From: an uncultured Coriobacteriaceae bacterium
Lineage (GTDB): Bacteria; Actinomycetota; Coriobacteriia; Coriobacteriales; Atopobiaceae
Assembly (NCBI GenBank): GCA_902773995.1
Contig: CACYGL010000003.1
Span: 1,986-65,985 of the forward strand
Length of the DNA: 64,000 nucleotides
Direction of reading: 5' to 3'
Each line of letters opens with the position of its first letter. The first letter of the stretch is position 1. A model generated the notes under the pieces. The model searched no databases, was not told the DNA's origin, and was given only the letters and a program-made list of their open reading frames with translations. Of this stretch, positions 8,860 through 17,745 are shown piece by piece. The translations under genes were made by a program, and so were the position numbers.

Positions 8860-9659
8860 TGGGAGACCCCCAGAGAAACGTGGTCGACCTTGTCGTCGAC
8901 GGGGTGCCCTGCCGGGTCCCCTTCTCGGAGCAGACCATTCGCCTCTGCCACGACCTTCTCGCCAAATGGACTTCGCGCCAGCGTGAGCTTGGCCGCCGCA
9001 TGGTCATCTTTCTTGCCGCCCCTCCGGGTGCCGGAAAGTCTACCCTTGCGAGTCTTCTCGCGAAGCTCTCTTGCGAGGACGAATCATGCGAACCGCTGGT
9101 GGCGCTGCCGCTCGACGGCTTTCACTACCACGCCGATGTGATTGCCAAGAGCATCGTTTGCGTAGAGGGGCGGCAGGTGCCCATGCGCGAGGTCAAGGGT
9201 ACGCTGGAGACCTTCGACCACGCCCTCTTTGCCGAGAAGTGCAGAGAGCTCTGCTCGGGCATGGCCGTTTTGTGGCCGCGCTATGACCGCAACATCCACG
9301 ACGTCGTCGACGATGCGATCGCGGTTCCGGCCACCGCGCGCCTGGTCCTCGTTGAGGGGAACTGGCTCCTCTCGAACGAGACTCCGTGGGACGAAACGCG
9401 CAGCCTGGCAGACCTGTCGTATCTCCTGGTTGCCGACCCTGACCTCCTTCATCGTCGGCTGGTCGCGCGAAAGTCCCGCGGTGGGCTTTCGCCCGAGGCG
9501 GCAGAGGAGTGGTACAGGAAATGTGACGGAATGAACGTGCGTCGCGTCCTTGCGTATTCCTCGGCAGACAATATGCTGGTAGAGGACGAGAAGGGCAGCA
9601 TATGGCCTTCTGGGGGAAAGATTGTGGGGAGCGGTGCCGATGCAATTTCACGGGGATGA
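8859..9659 (+). CDS. P-loop nucleoside/nucleotide kinase family protein (PRK/uridine-kinase-like)
   Basis: The start overlaps the upstream stop (GTGATG). Walker A is PPGAGKST. Confidence 0.6.
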   Translation: MGDPQRNVVDLVVDGVPCRVPFSEQTIRLCHDLLAKWTSRQRELGRRMVIFLAAPPGAGKSTLASLLAKLSCEDESCEPLVALPLDGFHYHADVIAKSIVCVEGRQVPMREVKGTLETFDHALFAEKCRELCSGMAVLWPRYDRNIHDVVDDAIAVPATARLVLVEGNWLLSNETPWDETRSLADLSYLLVADPDLLHRRLVARKSRGGLSPEAAEEWYRKCDGMNVRRVLAYSSADNMLVEDEKGSIWPSGGKIVGSGADAISRG

Positions 9660-10305
9660 CAAGAACGGCAGCGGGTTGGGCTCGAGCGTCCGTACGCCGC
9701 TCTTGCTGCACGCCTGCTGCGGTCCCTGCTCGATAGAGCCTGTGGAGCTCCTGCGCCGCGAGGGCTTTGAGCCAACCATCTGCTGGACCAACCCAAACAT
9801 CCAGCCTGTGGCCGAGCACGACCGTCGTCTTGCCACGCTGCGCGCGTGGGCGGCGGACGTCGCGCACGTCAACGTGATTGTTGCCGGAGACAACCGCGCC
9901 GCATGGGAGGCGGGCGTTGCCCCGCACGGCTTTGACCGTGCTGCACGCTGCCGGGCCTGCTACGCCCTGCGCCTGGCGGAGGCATGCCGCATCGCCCGCG
10001 ACCTGGGCTTTACTTACATCTCCACCACGCTTGCGGTCTCGCCGTACCAGCTCTTCGAAACCTGCGGCGACGTGCTGGCCAAGACCGCTGCCGCCTACGG
10101 CCTCACGCCGGTGTGGCGCGACTTCAGGCCCTTCTACCCCGAGGCAACTCGCACCTCCCGCGACCTGGGCATGTATCGGCAGAACTACTGCGGCTGCCGC
10201 TTCTCGGCCGCCGAGGCCGCCGTAGAGCGCCACGAAGCCCGCGACCGTCGCAAGGCCGAGCGCGAGGCCGCACACGCTGCGGCTAGCTCTGCCGTTGCGC
10301 GCTAA
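9640..10305 (+). CDS. queH: Epoxyqueuosine reductase QueH (DUF208)
   Basis: The LLLHACCGPCS motif and conserved downstream Cys residues (CRACY, YCGC) are present. The start may be 9622 or 9640. The gene lies next to queA. Confidence 0.75.
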   Translation: MQFHGDDKNGSGLGSSVRTPLLLHACCGPCSIEPVELLRREGFEPTICWTNPNIQPVAEHDRRLATLRAWAADVAHVNVIVAGDNRAAWEAGVAPHGFDRAARCRACYALRLAEACRIARDLGFTYISTTLAVSPYQLFETCGDVLAKTAAAYGLTPVWRDFRPFYPEATRTSRDLGMYRQNYCGCRFSAAEAAVERHEARDRRKAEREAAHAAASSAVAR

Positions 10306-10412
10306 CCTCGCCGTCGCTTCTTGCCGCCACGCGCTAGAATGGGCGGCCGGCGCACAACGCGCCGCACCTCACCTCACTACATCAGCCCTAGGGCACGAGG
10401 AGAACCACACAT

Positions 10413-11579
10413 ATGCGCACCGACGACTTTGACTACCCGCTCCCAGATGAGCTCATTGCACAGGCACCCGCGGAGCCGCGCGACTCCTGCCGCCTTCTCG
10501 TGCTCAACCGTGAGGACGGCTCGCTCGAGCACCGCCACTTTACCGACGTGATTGACTACCTCGACCCCGGCGACCTTCTCGTTGCCAACAAGACGCGCGT
10601 CATGCCGGCGCGCCTCGTGGGCCACAAGCGTGGAACCGGCGGCGTGGCCGAGACGCTCCTACTCAAGCGCCGGGAGGATCTCGACCCCCTGGGCCATGTG
10701 TGGGAGTGCCTCGTGAACCCCGGGAAGCGCCTCCGCCAGCCTGGCACCGTCATCGAGTACCGCGCGGGCGGCCTGCACGCGCCCCTCTCGGCCGAGGTCG
10801 TGCTCACAGGCGAGATAGTTGACTTTCTCGAGGACAACCGCGGCGGGCGTCTGGTGCGCTTCGAGCCGCAGGGTGGCCGTACGCTCGACGCCGCCATTCA
10901 TGAGGCCGGCCATGTACCGCTTCCGCCCTACATCACCAAGTACGAGGGCGACCCCGAGAAGTACCAGACGGTCTACGCCATGCACGAGGAGCACTCTGCG
11001 GCGGCACCCACGGCGGGGCTGCACTTCACGCCGGAGCTCATCAAGCGGATCGAGGACAAGGGCGTTGGCTGGAAGACGGTCGAGCTTGAGGTAGGCATCG
11101 ACACCTTCCGCCTGGTCACCGAGGATGACCCCACCAAGCACGTGATGCACACGGAGCGCTACCACGTGCCCCAGGACGTGGTCGACGCCGTGCATGCCAC
11201 CAAGGCGGCGGGGCATCGCGTGGTCGCCGTGGGCACCACCGCAGTTCGCTCACTCGAGAGCGCCTGGGACCCGGAGGCGCCTGCGTCCACGCCGGCAGTC
11301 ACAGCCCGTCGCTTCGAGGGCGCGCCTGATTCCGCGGCAGTCACTGGCCGCGGTGACATCGTCGAGCGCCGCGACGCCACCACCAACCTCTATCTCATGC
11401 CGGGTTCCACCTACCACGTGGTGGACGCCCTCATCACCAACTTCCACGTGCCTCGTTCGACGCTCATGATGCTTGTCTCGGCGCTTGCCACGCGCGAGCA
11501 GATCATGGCCGCCTACCAGGCAGCCATTGACGAGAGGTACCGTTTCCTCTCGTTTGGCGATGCCATGCTCATCAGATAG
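10413..11579 (+). CDS. queA: S-adenosylmethionine:tRNA ribosyltransferase-isomerase
   Basis: Starts MRTDDFDYPLPDELIAQ and ends ...ITNFHVPRSTLMMLVSA...RFLSFGDAMLI. It is about 40 aa longer than typical QueA. Confidence 0.9.
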   Translation: MRTDDFDYPLPDELIAQAPAEPRDSCRLLVLNREDGSLEHRHFTDVIDYLDPGDLLVANKTRVMPARLVGHKRGTGGVAETLLLKRREDLDPLGHVWECLVNPGKRLRQPGTVIEYRAGGLHAPLSAEVVLTGEIVDFLEDNRGGRLVRFEPQGGRTLDAAIHEAGHVPLPPYITKYEGDPEKYQTVYAMHEEHSAAAPTAGLHFTPELIKRIEDKGVGWKTVELEVGIDTFRLVTEDDPTKHVMHTERYHVPQDVVDAVHATKAAGHRVVAVGTTAVRSLESAWDPEAPASTPAVTARRFEGAPDSAAVTGRGDIVERRDATTNLYLMPGSTYHVVDALITNFHVPRSTLMMLVSALATREQIMAAYQAAIDERYRFLSFGDAMLIR

Positions 11580-11595
11580 CGCTAACAAAGGCCCG

Positions 11596-11622
11596 GCGGC
11601 GACCCCATGACGGGGTCGCCGC
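11596..11622. terminator. Bidirectional hairpin between convergent queA and the coiled-coil gene
   Basis: GCGGCGACCCC-ATGAC-GGGGTCGCCGC, an 11-bp stem. Confidence 0.6.
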
Positions 11623-11627
11623 AGCGG

Positions 11628-13043
11628 TTACGCGCCTGCAGATACCGTGCCCGTAGTGGTCACGCTCGTCGAGGCGGCCGTGCCTGCAGCGTCGCCGCCC
11701 TGTCCAAGCAGCACAGAGCCGACGAGAACCACCACCACTGCCACCAAGACAACGAGAATCACCAGCACGGCGATGCGCGTGGCACGCGTGCGCCGACGCA
11801 GCTCCTTCTCCGCGCGTCCCAGCTCCTCCACCTGTGCGCGCTGTGCCTCGAGCGTCTGCTCGCGCTCGGCAATCGAACGGCGCAGCTGCTCCGTTGCCTG
11901 CGGCGTGTCGTGGATGCTCTTTGCCTCGCTGAGAAGGTCGTTCGCCTTGCTTGCGTCCGTCCTGGCGTTATCGCGCAGGCGGTTTGAGCGCTCGATCTCT
12001 GCCTTGTGGCGGTCGATCTTGTCCGAGAGCTTCTTCTGGCGCGCCTCTGCTTCTGAGCGGAGGCGGTCGTACTCGCCGCGACGCTCCTTGGCCTCGGCCT
12101 GCATCGCGTCTGACTCGCGCTGGGCGGTCTCGAGCGACTGCTTCTGGGTCCAGAGGTGCGTCTGGGCGTTGTCGACGGAGGATTGCGCGTCTGCGGTGGC
12201 CCTGGTCACGGCCGTCTCGGCCGCGCTCACGTGCGCGGTCTCGGCAGCGAGCTCCTGGCGAACCTGTGCGATTGCGTCTCGCTTGGCAGACGGGTCGGCA
12301 AGCAGCTTGTCAAGTTCGCCTTGGACCTTGCGCTGGCGCGCCTTTGAGTTGTCGAGCGCACGGTTTGCTGAGGAAATCGCCTGTTCGCGGCGGTCCGTGG
12401 CGTCCTTTACCTGGCCCTCTGCCGTGCGCACGGCGCGCTTGGCCTCGGCGACGGTGCGCGTTGCATCGTCCGCGCGGCCCTTGGAGGACTCGGCAAGCTG
12501 CTTGTAGGGGCGCAGTGCCTGCTCGTCATCGGAGCGCATCTTGGTGAGACGGGCCTCTAGGTCCTGGAGCTCGTGGGTGAGGCGCGCGGCATACTGTACG
12601 GCGTCTGCTGCGCGCTTCTGGGCGTCAGCGAGCGCTGCGGTCTGCGCCGTCACGATGTCCTCGTACCCACCCTCGATGCTCTCGCGGTGCTCGAGGGCCG
12701 CCCGCTGCGCCGTGAGCGCCTTCTCGGTGGATTCCATTTGTGCCTTTGCGGAGGAGTACTGACGCGACGCGTCGCGCACGTCGCGCAGGGCGGTGAAGCC
12801 GGCTGCTATGCCCTTGCCTGCCCCACGGGCGGCCCCTGCCGCTGCACCTGCGGCCGCGCTGGCGGCTCCTGCGGCTGCGCCCGCGGCTTTGGACGCGACC
12901 TGGGCGGCACCGTCCTTCGCGCCTTTGCCGTCGTCCTTGGGGGTGGCGGCGTTGCCCCTGGCCCCCGTTGCCTTACCCTGTGCGTTCGTGGCGCCCTTCT
13001 CGGAAGCGCCCTTCTCGCCCTTATTGCCCTTGCCCCAAGCCAT
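11628..13043 (-). CDS. Tail-anchored coiled-coil membrane protein, function unknown
   Basis: ATG 13043 follows an AAGGAG RBS. The N-terminus is K/G/A-rich, followed by about 330 aa of A/E/R/Q/D-rich coiled-coil-like sequence. A single C-terminal TM helix (IAVLVILVVLVAVVVVLVGSVLL) is present. Confidence 0.7.
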   Translation of the reverse strand: MAWGKGNKGEKGASEKGATNAQGKATGARGNAATPKDDGKGAKDGAAQVASKAAGAAAGAASAAAGAAAGAARGAGKGIAAGFTALRDVRDASRQYSSAKAQMESTEKALTAQRAALEHRESIEGGYEDIVTAQTAALADAQKRAADAVQYAARLTHELQDLEARLTKMRSDDEQALRPYKQLAESSKGRADDATRTVAEAKRAVRTAEGQVKDATDRREQAISSANRALDNSKARQRKVQGELDKLLADPSAKRDAIAQVRQELAAETAHVSAAETAVTRATADAQSSVDNAQTHLWTQKQSLETAQRESDAMQAEAKERRGEYDRLRSEAEARQKKLSDKIDRHKAEIERSNRLRDNARTDASKANDLLSEAKSIHDTPQATEQLRRSIAEREQTLEAQRAQVEELGRAEKELRRRTRATRIAVLVILVVLVAVVVVLVGSVLLGQGGDAAGTAASTSVTTTGTVSAGA

Positions 13044-13302
13044 GGAGGCTCCTTTCGAAACCGCGCTACATCCGCGCGAGACAGTTGTTGTGGTTGCAAC
13101 GCCGTAGCCGCTCCAACGGCTGCTGCGCCTTCTCCATTTTGCCGCAAGCAACCGCACGTGGGGATAATCGTCTCGTATGAGAAGAGTTTGTCCGTCAGCT
13201 GTCCATGATGTGTGTAAACTATACGAGCGTTTGGTACGATATAAGCAATTCGGGGAATTGCTCCCCGAGCCTAGTCAGGGAGTCTAGAAGGGGAGTTCTA
13301 TC

Positions 13303-13513
13303 ATGGTTTCCAAGCAGACTACGATCATCAACGCTACCGGCCTTCACGCCCGTCCCGCGTCCGTCTTCGTGACCGAGGCCAAGAAGTACCAGTCCAACGT
13401 TGGCGGCTGGCCTTGGCACCGGCACCAAGATCGAGATCGCCTGCGATGGTCCCGACGAGCAGGAGGCTCTCGACGCCCTCGTTGCCCTCGTCGACTCCGG
13501 CTTCGGCGAGTAG
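13303..13513 (+). pseudogene. ptsH: Phosphocarrier protein HPr disrupted by an internal out-of-frame deletion
   Basis: Residues 1-33 are MVSKQTTIINATGLHARPASVFVTEAKKYQSNV, with the His15 site in frame 1. The HPr C-terminus ...TLAAGLGTGTKIEIACDGPDEQEALDALVALVDSGFGE* continues in the +1 frame and ends at TAG 13511-13513. The total is 211 nt, which is not a multiple of 3. About 18-19 central residues, including the Ser46 region, are missing. Confidence 0.75.
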
Positions 13514-13566
13514 GCTGCGCAAGCACATGTGCAAGCTGACGGCCCGGGTCTCCCCGGGCCGTTTTC

Positions 13567-14727
13567 ATGACGCAAGAGGAGCACGCGATGGAGCCTGAGT
13601 GGTTCACCTACGACATTGTCGCCGAGGATCCTGCCACGCACGCGAGGGCGGGTGTCCTGCACACCCCGCACGGCGACGTGCCCACGCCCATCTTTATGCC
13701 CGTGGGTACCAAGGGCACGGTGAAGGGGGTCCTGGTGCCGCAGCTCAAGGAGCTTGGCGCCAAGATTGTCCTTGCCAACACCTACCACCTGGCCATGCGT
13801 CCCGGCGCAGACCTTGTTGCCGAGATGGGTGGCCTGCATGGCTTCACCCGCTGGGACGGCCCCATCCTCACAGACTCCGGTGGCTTCCAGGTCTTTAGCC
13901 ACGAGGAATTCTGCAAGCTCTCCGCCGACGGCGTGCGCTTTCGCGCGGTCGACTACGACGGCCGCTGGTTCACCTGGACGCCCGAGGAGAACATGGACAT
14001 TGCCCAGAAGCTGGGCGCCGACATCGTGATGCAGCTCGACCAGTGCGTGGGCTACCCGGCCCCGCGTTCGAAGGTCGAGCGCGCCGTTGACCTCTCCGCC
14101 ATGTGGGCGGAGCGCTGCTGGAAGGCGCATACCCGTACCGACCAGGCGCTCTTTGGCATCGTTCAAGGCGGGATGGACCTCACGCTGCGCAGGCGCTCGC
14201 TGCAGCACCTTCTCGACGTGGGCGACTTCCCGGGCTTTGGCATTGGCGGGTACTCGGTTGGCGAGGACCACGAGACCATGTTCGAGAGCCTGGCGCCATT
14301 GGCCTCGCAGTACATGCCGCGCGAGAAGCCCCGCTACCTCATGGGTGTGGGCAACCCCACCACACTCGTGCGCGGCGTGTCGTACGGCATCGACATGTTC
14401 GACTGCGTGCTTCCCACGCGCACGGCTCGCATGGGCACGGCCTTCTCGAGCGAGGGTAAGCTCAACCTGCGCCACGCGCGCTTCGCGCACGACGCCGGAC
14501 CGCTGGACCCCGCGTGCACCTGCCCCGTTTGCCAGGGCGGATACACGCGTGCCTACCTTCACCACCTGGTGCGCCAGAAAGAGATGGCCGGCTCCATCCT
14601 GCTGTCGATGCACAACCTGTACTTCCTTCTCGACCTCATGCGCCGCGCGCGCGAGTCGATCATCGCAGGTACGTACGGGGAGTTTGTCTCGCGGTGGATG
14701 GACTCGCCCGCCGCGAAGGACTGGTAG
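13567..14727 (+). CDS. tgt: Queuine tRNA-ribosyltransferase
   Basis: Motifs HTPHGDVPTPIFMPVGT, LTDSGGFQV and the zinc site CTCPVC...H are present. The start may instead be 13588. Confidence 0.92.
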   Translation: MTQEEHAMEPEWFTYDIVAEDPATHARAGVLHTPHGDVPTPIFMPVGTKGTVKGVLVPQLKELGAKIVLANTYHLAMRPGADLVAEMGGLHGFTRWDGPILTDSGGFQVFSHEEFCKLSADGVRFRAVDYDGRWFTWTPEENMDIAQKLGADIVMQLDQCVGYPAPRSKVERAVDLSAMWAERCWKAHTRTDQALFGIVQGGMDLTLRRRSLQHLLDVGDFPGFGIGGYSVGEDHETMFESLAPLASQYMPREKPRYLMGVGNPTTLVRGVSYGIDMFDCVLPTRTARMGTAFSSEGKLNLRHARFAHDAGPLDPACTCPVCQGGYTRAYLHHLVRQKEMAGSILLSMHNLYFLLDLMRRARESIIAGTYGEFVSRWMDSPAAKDW

Positions 14728-14780
14728 GGCTCTGCTCTCCCGCGCCTGTGAGCTGTTCCTGCTTGCAGCGCCCAAATCTC

Positions 14781-14803
14781 GTTCTTTAGCGGATATTGAG
14801 AAC
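14781..14803. repeat. Solo copy of the GTTCTTTAGCGG..TTGAGAAC arm also found at 39845 and 39901
   Basis: GTTCTTTAGCGGATATTGAGAAC here compares with GTTCTTTAGCGGTATTTGAGAATCG at 39845-39869. Confidence 0.7.
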
Positions 14804-14848
14804 ATTGCCCCCAAGCTCGCGTAGAAGCGCAGCTAAATTCTGTCGCGA

Positions 14849-15144
14849 CTCCGCAACGCACCCGCTCCCGTAGTGCGGCGGGTCCGAGGAAGGAGTGCTG
14901 CATGTCGATTCCGGGCAATCAGGCCTTATTACCGAGCCGTCGTGATCCCCAAGCGTTCTCCCAGGTAGCAGCGGCGACCTCCCAACGGGCCGGTAACTGC
15001 GGAGGCAGCGAAGCGCGCGGTATTACCGGTCCGTGGCTACCGTCAATCCTTACCTGCGGAAATGATTTGGTGCCAAGACGGGCCGGTAACAACGGGCGGG
15101 CGCGCAGGGTGCGGGACAAAGGCTCACTCAGCGACGTTGCGGAG
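14849..15144 (+). ncRNA. Unclassified structured RNA candidate (strand uncertain)
   Basis: A 10-bp closing helix pairs 14849-14858 with 15135-15144. Two similar sub-domains (14929-14996 and 15023-15089) are each closed by UUACCGNNCCG/CGGGCCGGUAA. No protein-like ORF is present. Confidence 0.45.
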
Positions 15145-15232
15145 CAAACCCTATAATGGCTTCGGAAAATAACCGGAGCCGTGCGTCTCTAACGCTCGGT
15201 CGGCATGTTTGCCAAAAACGGAAGGTTTGCAC

Positions 15233-16768
15233 ATGGCCCAAAAGCAAGACCGCGAGGCCCCCAAGACGGGCCTCGACCGGTGGAACGCTACCGAGTCGAA
15301 ATCGCGTAGCTCGAAGGGCGGGCGCTCCGCTCGTCCCGGCCGCTCCAAGCGCCGCCGCATGAACCCAACCGTGCGCCGCTACGTCTCCACGATCGTGGTG
15401 ACAGCCGTTCTCTGTGTGGCGTGCGCGTTCTGCTTCACGCCACTTGGCGAGCGCATCACCACCGGTCTCGACATCCAGGGCGGCGTCTCGGTAATCCTTA
15501 CCGCCTCCAAGCAAGATGGCTCCACACCCTCGGCAGACGAGATGAACACGGCCAAGTCCATTGTCGAGAAGCGCGTCAACACGCTGGGAGCCTCCGAGGC
15601 CACCGTGCAGATTCAGGGCACCAACTCGATCCTGGTTCAGATTCCTGGTGCCACGGATGCAGACGCTGCAGTCCAGACCATCGGCCAGACCGGCCACCTC
15701 GAGTTTGTTCGCCTCGATGACATCGGCGATGCGGACGCCCTCGCAAAGATCGAGGCCGGTGCTTCCAACGTGACGCTTGAGCAGGGCACCTATACCGCCT
15801 TCCTCGACGGTTCCTACATCGAGTCGACCTCAGTCGCTCAGTCCTCGACCTCGGTGGGTACCTATGCGGTAAACATCACCTTCAACTCCGATGGCGCGGA
15901 CATCTTTGACCAGGTGACCAAGGAGCTTGCTCCCACCAACGGCCAGATTTGCATCGTGCTTGACGGCGTGGTGCAGTCCGCGCCTGCCGTGCAGGAAGAG
16001 ATTTCTGGCGGCAAGGTCTCCATCACCGGCAACTTCACGAGCGCGCAGGCCCAGGAGCTCAAGACCGTGCTCGACTCCGGTTCGCTGCCGGTTAGCCTCA
16101 ACTACTCCGAGAGCCGCGTGGTTGGCCCCACGCTCGGCCAGGACTCGCTCAACCAGGGCATCCTCGCCCTTGTCATTGGCGTGGCAATCGTGATCGTCTA
16201 CCTGTTCTTCTTCTACCGCGGCCTAGGACTCCTCACGCTTGGCTCGCTTGTGGTCTTCGCTATCCTCTACCTGGGACTTCTTGCCATCCTCTCGCACTAC
16301 GGAATGTTCTCGCTGTCGCTGCCGGGACTCGCAGGCATGGTCCTCACCACGGGCTCCGCGGCTGACTCCTCGATCCTGGTGCTCGAGCGCTTCCGCGAGG
16401 AGATCCGCATGGGCCGTACCGTCAAGAACGCCTCCGTCTCGGGCGCGCGCCACGGCATCATGACCTCGCTTGACGCCGACATCGTGACTCTCGTCACCGC
16501 GCTTGCGCTCTTCTTCGTGGGCACGGGCACCGTGAAGGGCTTTGGCCTCACCCTGGCGCTCGGCGTTGCCTGCGACATCGTGACCATGTTCGGCTTCAAG
16601 GCACCCGCGCTCAGGCTCCTCGCCGCCCACGTCATCCCGTCGCACCCTGGCTTCTGGGGCGTCGACCAGGACATAGCCGAGGCAGAGCGCAGGTCCCAGG
16701 AGGCTCAGAAGGCGAGGGGCGCCAAGACGCCCGCCTCGCCCGCGAAGGGGGGTGAGGCTCGTGCGTAG
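15233..16768 (+). CDS. secD: Protein translocase subunit SecD
   Basis: ATG 15233 follows a GGAAGG RBS. An N-terminal TM helix, a periplasmic domain and a C-terminal 6-TM SecDF domain are present. The gene is adjacent to secF. Confidence 0.9.
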   Translation: MAQKQDREAPKTGLDRWNATESKSRSSKGGRSARPGRSKRRRMNPTVRRYVSTIVVTAVLCVACAFCFTPLGERITTGLDIQGGVSVILTASKQDGSTPSADEMNTAKSIVEKRVNTLGASEATVQIQGTNSILVQIPGATDADAAVQTIGQTGHLEFVRLDDIGDADALAKIEAGASNVTLEQGTYTAFLDGSYIESTSVAQSSTSVGTYAVNITFNSDGADIFDQVTKELAPTNGQICIVLDGVVQSAPAVQEEISGGKVSITGNFTSAQAQELKTVLDSGSLPVSLNYSESRVVGPTLGQDSLNQGILALVIGVAIVIVYLFFFYRGLGLLTLGSLVVFAILYLGLLAILSHYGMFSLSLPGLAGMVLTTGSAADSSILVLERFREEIRMGRTVKNASVSGARHGIMTSLDADIVTLVTALALFFVGTGTVKGFGLTLALGVACDIVTMFGFKAPALRLLAAHVIPSHPGFWGVDQDIAEAERRSQEAQKARGAKTPASPAKGGEARA

Positions 16769-17744
16769 CCACTTCTCCCACGAGATCTCGTTCATCGGCC
16801 ACCGCAAGCAGTTCCTCACGCTCTCGTGCATCCTCGTGATTCTCTCCATTGTGGGCCTCGCCGTGCGCGGCCTGGTCTTTGGCATCGAGTTCACGGGCGG
16901 CACCGAGATAGACTTCTACCAGACGGGCGACATCACCATCGAGCAGATGCGCGACGCCCTTGCGGCAACGGATGAGGGCACGGCCACCGTCCAGACCACC
17001 ACCACGCAGGGCGAGGCGGGCTTCCTCGTTCGCTCCGACACCACCGACCCCACCACCGCCAACGCCCACGCGCAGGCGGCAGCCGAGTCCCTTGGCCTCA
17101 CGAGCGACAACTACACTGTCACGACCATCGGTCCCGACTGGGGCGCCGACACCACGCGCTCGTCGCTCATGGCGTTTGGCGTGGCTATTCTCCTCATCAT
17201 TGCCTACGTCTCGTTCCGCTACGAGTTCAAGATGTCCATCACGGCCGTGGTCGCGCTCATCCACGACCTCGTGATTACGCTGGGCGTCTACGCCTGGTTC
17301 CAGATTGACATCTCGCCCAATGTCATTGCCGCACTACTCACCATCATGGGCTACTCGCTCTACGACACCGTGGTCGAGTTCAACCGCATGAACGAGAACG
17401 CCAAGCAGCTTCGCGACGGCGTGCACCACACCTACTTCGAGATCTGCAACTTCTCGATTAACGAGGTCATCGTCCGCACCATCAACACCACGATCGTGAC
17501 GCTCGTGCCGGTCATCTGCATGCTGGCCATTGGCGGTGCCACGCTCAAGGACTTCGCCTTCGCCATTCTGGTCGGCGAGATTCTGGGCACCTACTCCAGC
17601 TTCGCCGTGGCATCCCCGCTGCTGGCAATCTGGAAGACGCGCGAGCCCAAGTGGGCAAAGCTCGAGGCAAAGTACGGCAGCGCCGCCAAGACCACGGCGA
17701 CCCCCGCCGCCGGCGCCGAGAAGAACGAGCCCAAGGAAGGCTAA
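16761..17744 (+). CDS. secF: Protein translocase subunit SecF
   Basis: GTG 16761 (or 16752) overlaps the secD stop. FGIEFTGGTEI and the SecF TM core are present. Confidence 0.9.
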   Translation: MRSHFSHEISFIGHRKQFLTLSCILVILSIVGLAVRGLVFGIEFTGGTEIDFYQTGDITIEQMRDALAATDEGTATVQTTTTQGEAGFLVRSDTTDPTTANAHAQAAAESLGLTSDNYTVTTIGPDWGADTTRSSLMAFGVAILLIIAYVSFRYEFKMSITAVVALIHDLVITLGVYAWFQIDISPNVIAALLTIMGYSLYDTVVEFNRMNENAKQLRDGVHHTYFEICNFSINEVIVRTINTTIVTLVPVICMLAIGGATLKDFAFAILVGEILGTYSSFAVASPLLAIWKTREPKWAKLEAKYGSAAKTTATPAAGAEKNEPKEG

Positions 17745-17745
17745 C

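Noticed and set aside
10306-10412. A promoter with TAGAAT (about 10337) upstream of queA.
   Set aside because: I could not find an acceptable -35 element at 16-18 nt spacing, so the case is too weak to report as a feature.
13219-14814. 531-aa minus-strand ORF.
   Set aside because: It is the antisense shadow of tgt. The translation is an Arg/Ala/Gly/His-rich product typical of high-GC antisense frames, while the + strand encodes an unmistakable Tgt. The same reasoning rejects 213..1422 (several ORFs), 1895..2716, 2427..3713, 3738..4313, 4513..6441, 6523..7191, 7131..7784, 7987..8715, 9193..10275, 11647..12507, 15128..15697, 16223..17264, 17334..18050, 18697..20622, 21010..23805, 26674..27321, 31597..32982, 33192..33827, 33697..34758, 35682..36404, 37247..38467, 38601..39863, 40854..42538, 43193..43965, 45479..46351, 48122..49093, 49478..50134, 51042..52187, 52946..53494, 56770..57825, 59442..60113 and 61837..63270.
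14849-15144. Identification of the structured element as RNase P RNA, SRP RNA, tmRNA or a pair of tRNA-like units.
   Set aside because: Superficial resemblances exist: GAGGAAGGAG, GGUAAC loops, GUCCGAGGAAGG, and units of about 68 nt. The universally conserved cores are absent or out of place, namely GAGGAAAGUCCGGGC / ACAGAAnCCGGCUUA for RNase P, the GGAA-tetraloop symmetric loop of SRP domain IV in a central position, the tmRNA termini, and tRNA T-loops. A covariance-model search is still needed.
14902-15156. 84-aa ORF as a candidate YajC in the tgt-secD gap.
   Set aside because: It has no TM helix and no YajC-like motif. It is R/G/P-rich and lacks an RBS. The region is better explained as structured non-coding sequence.
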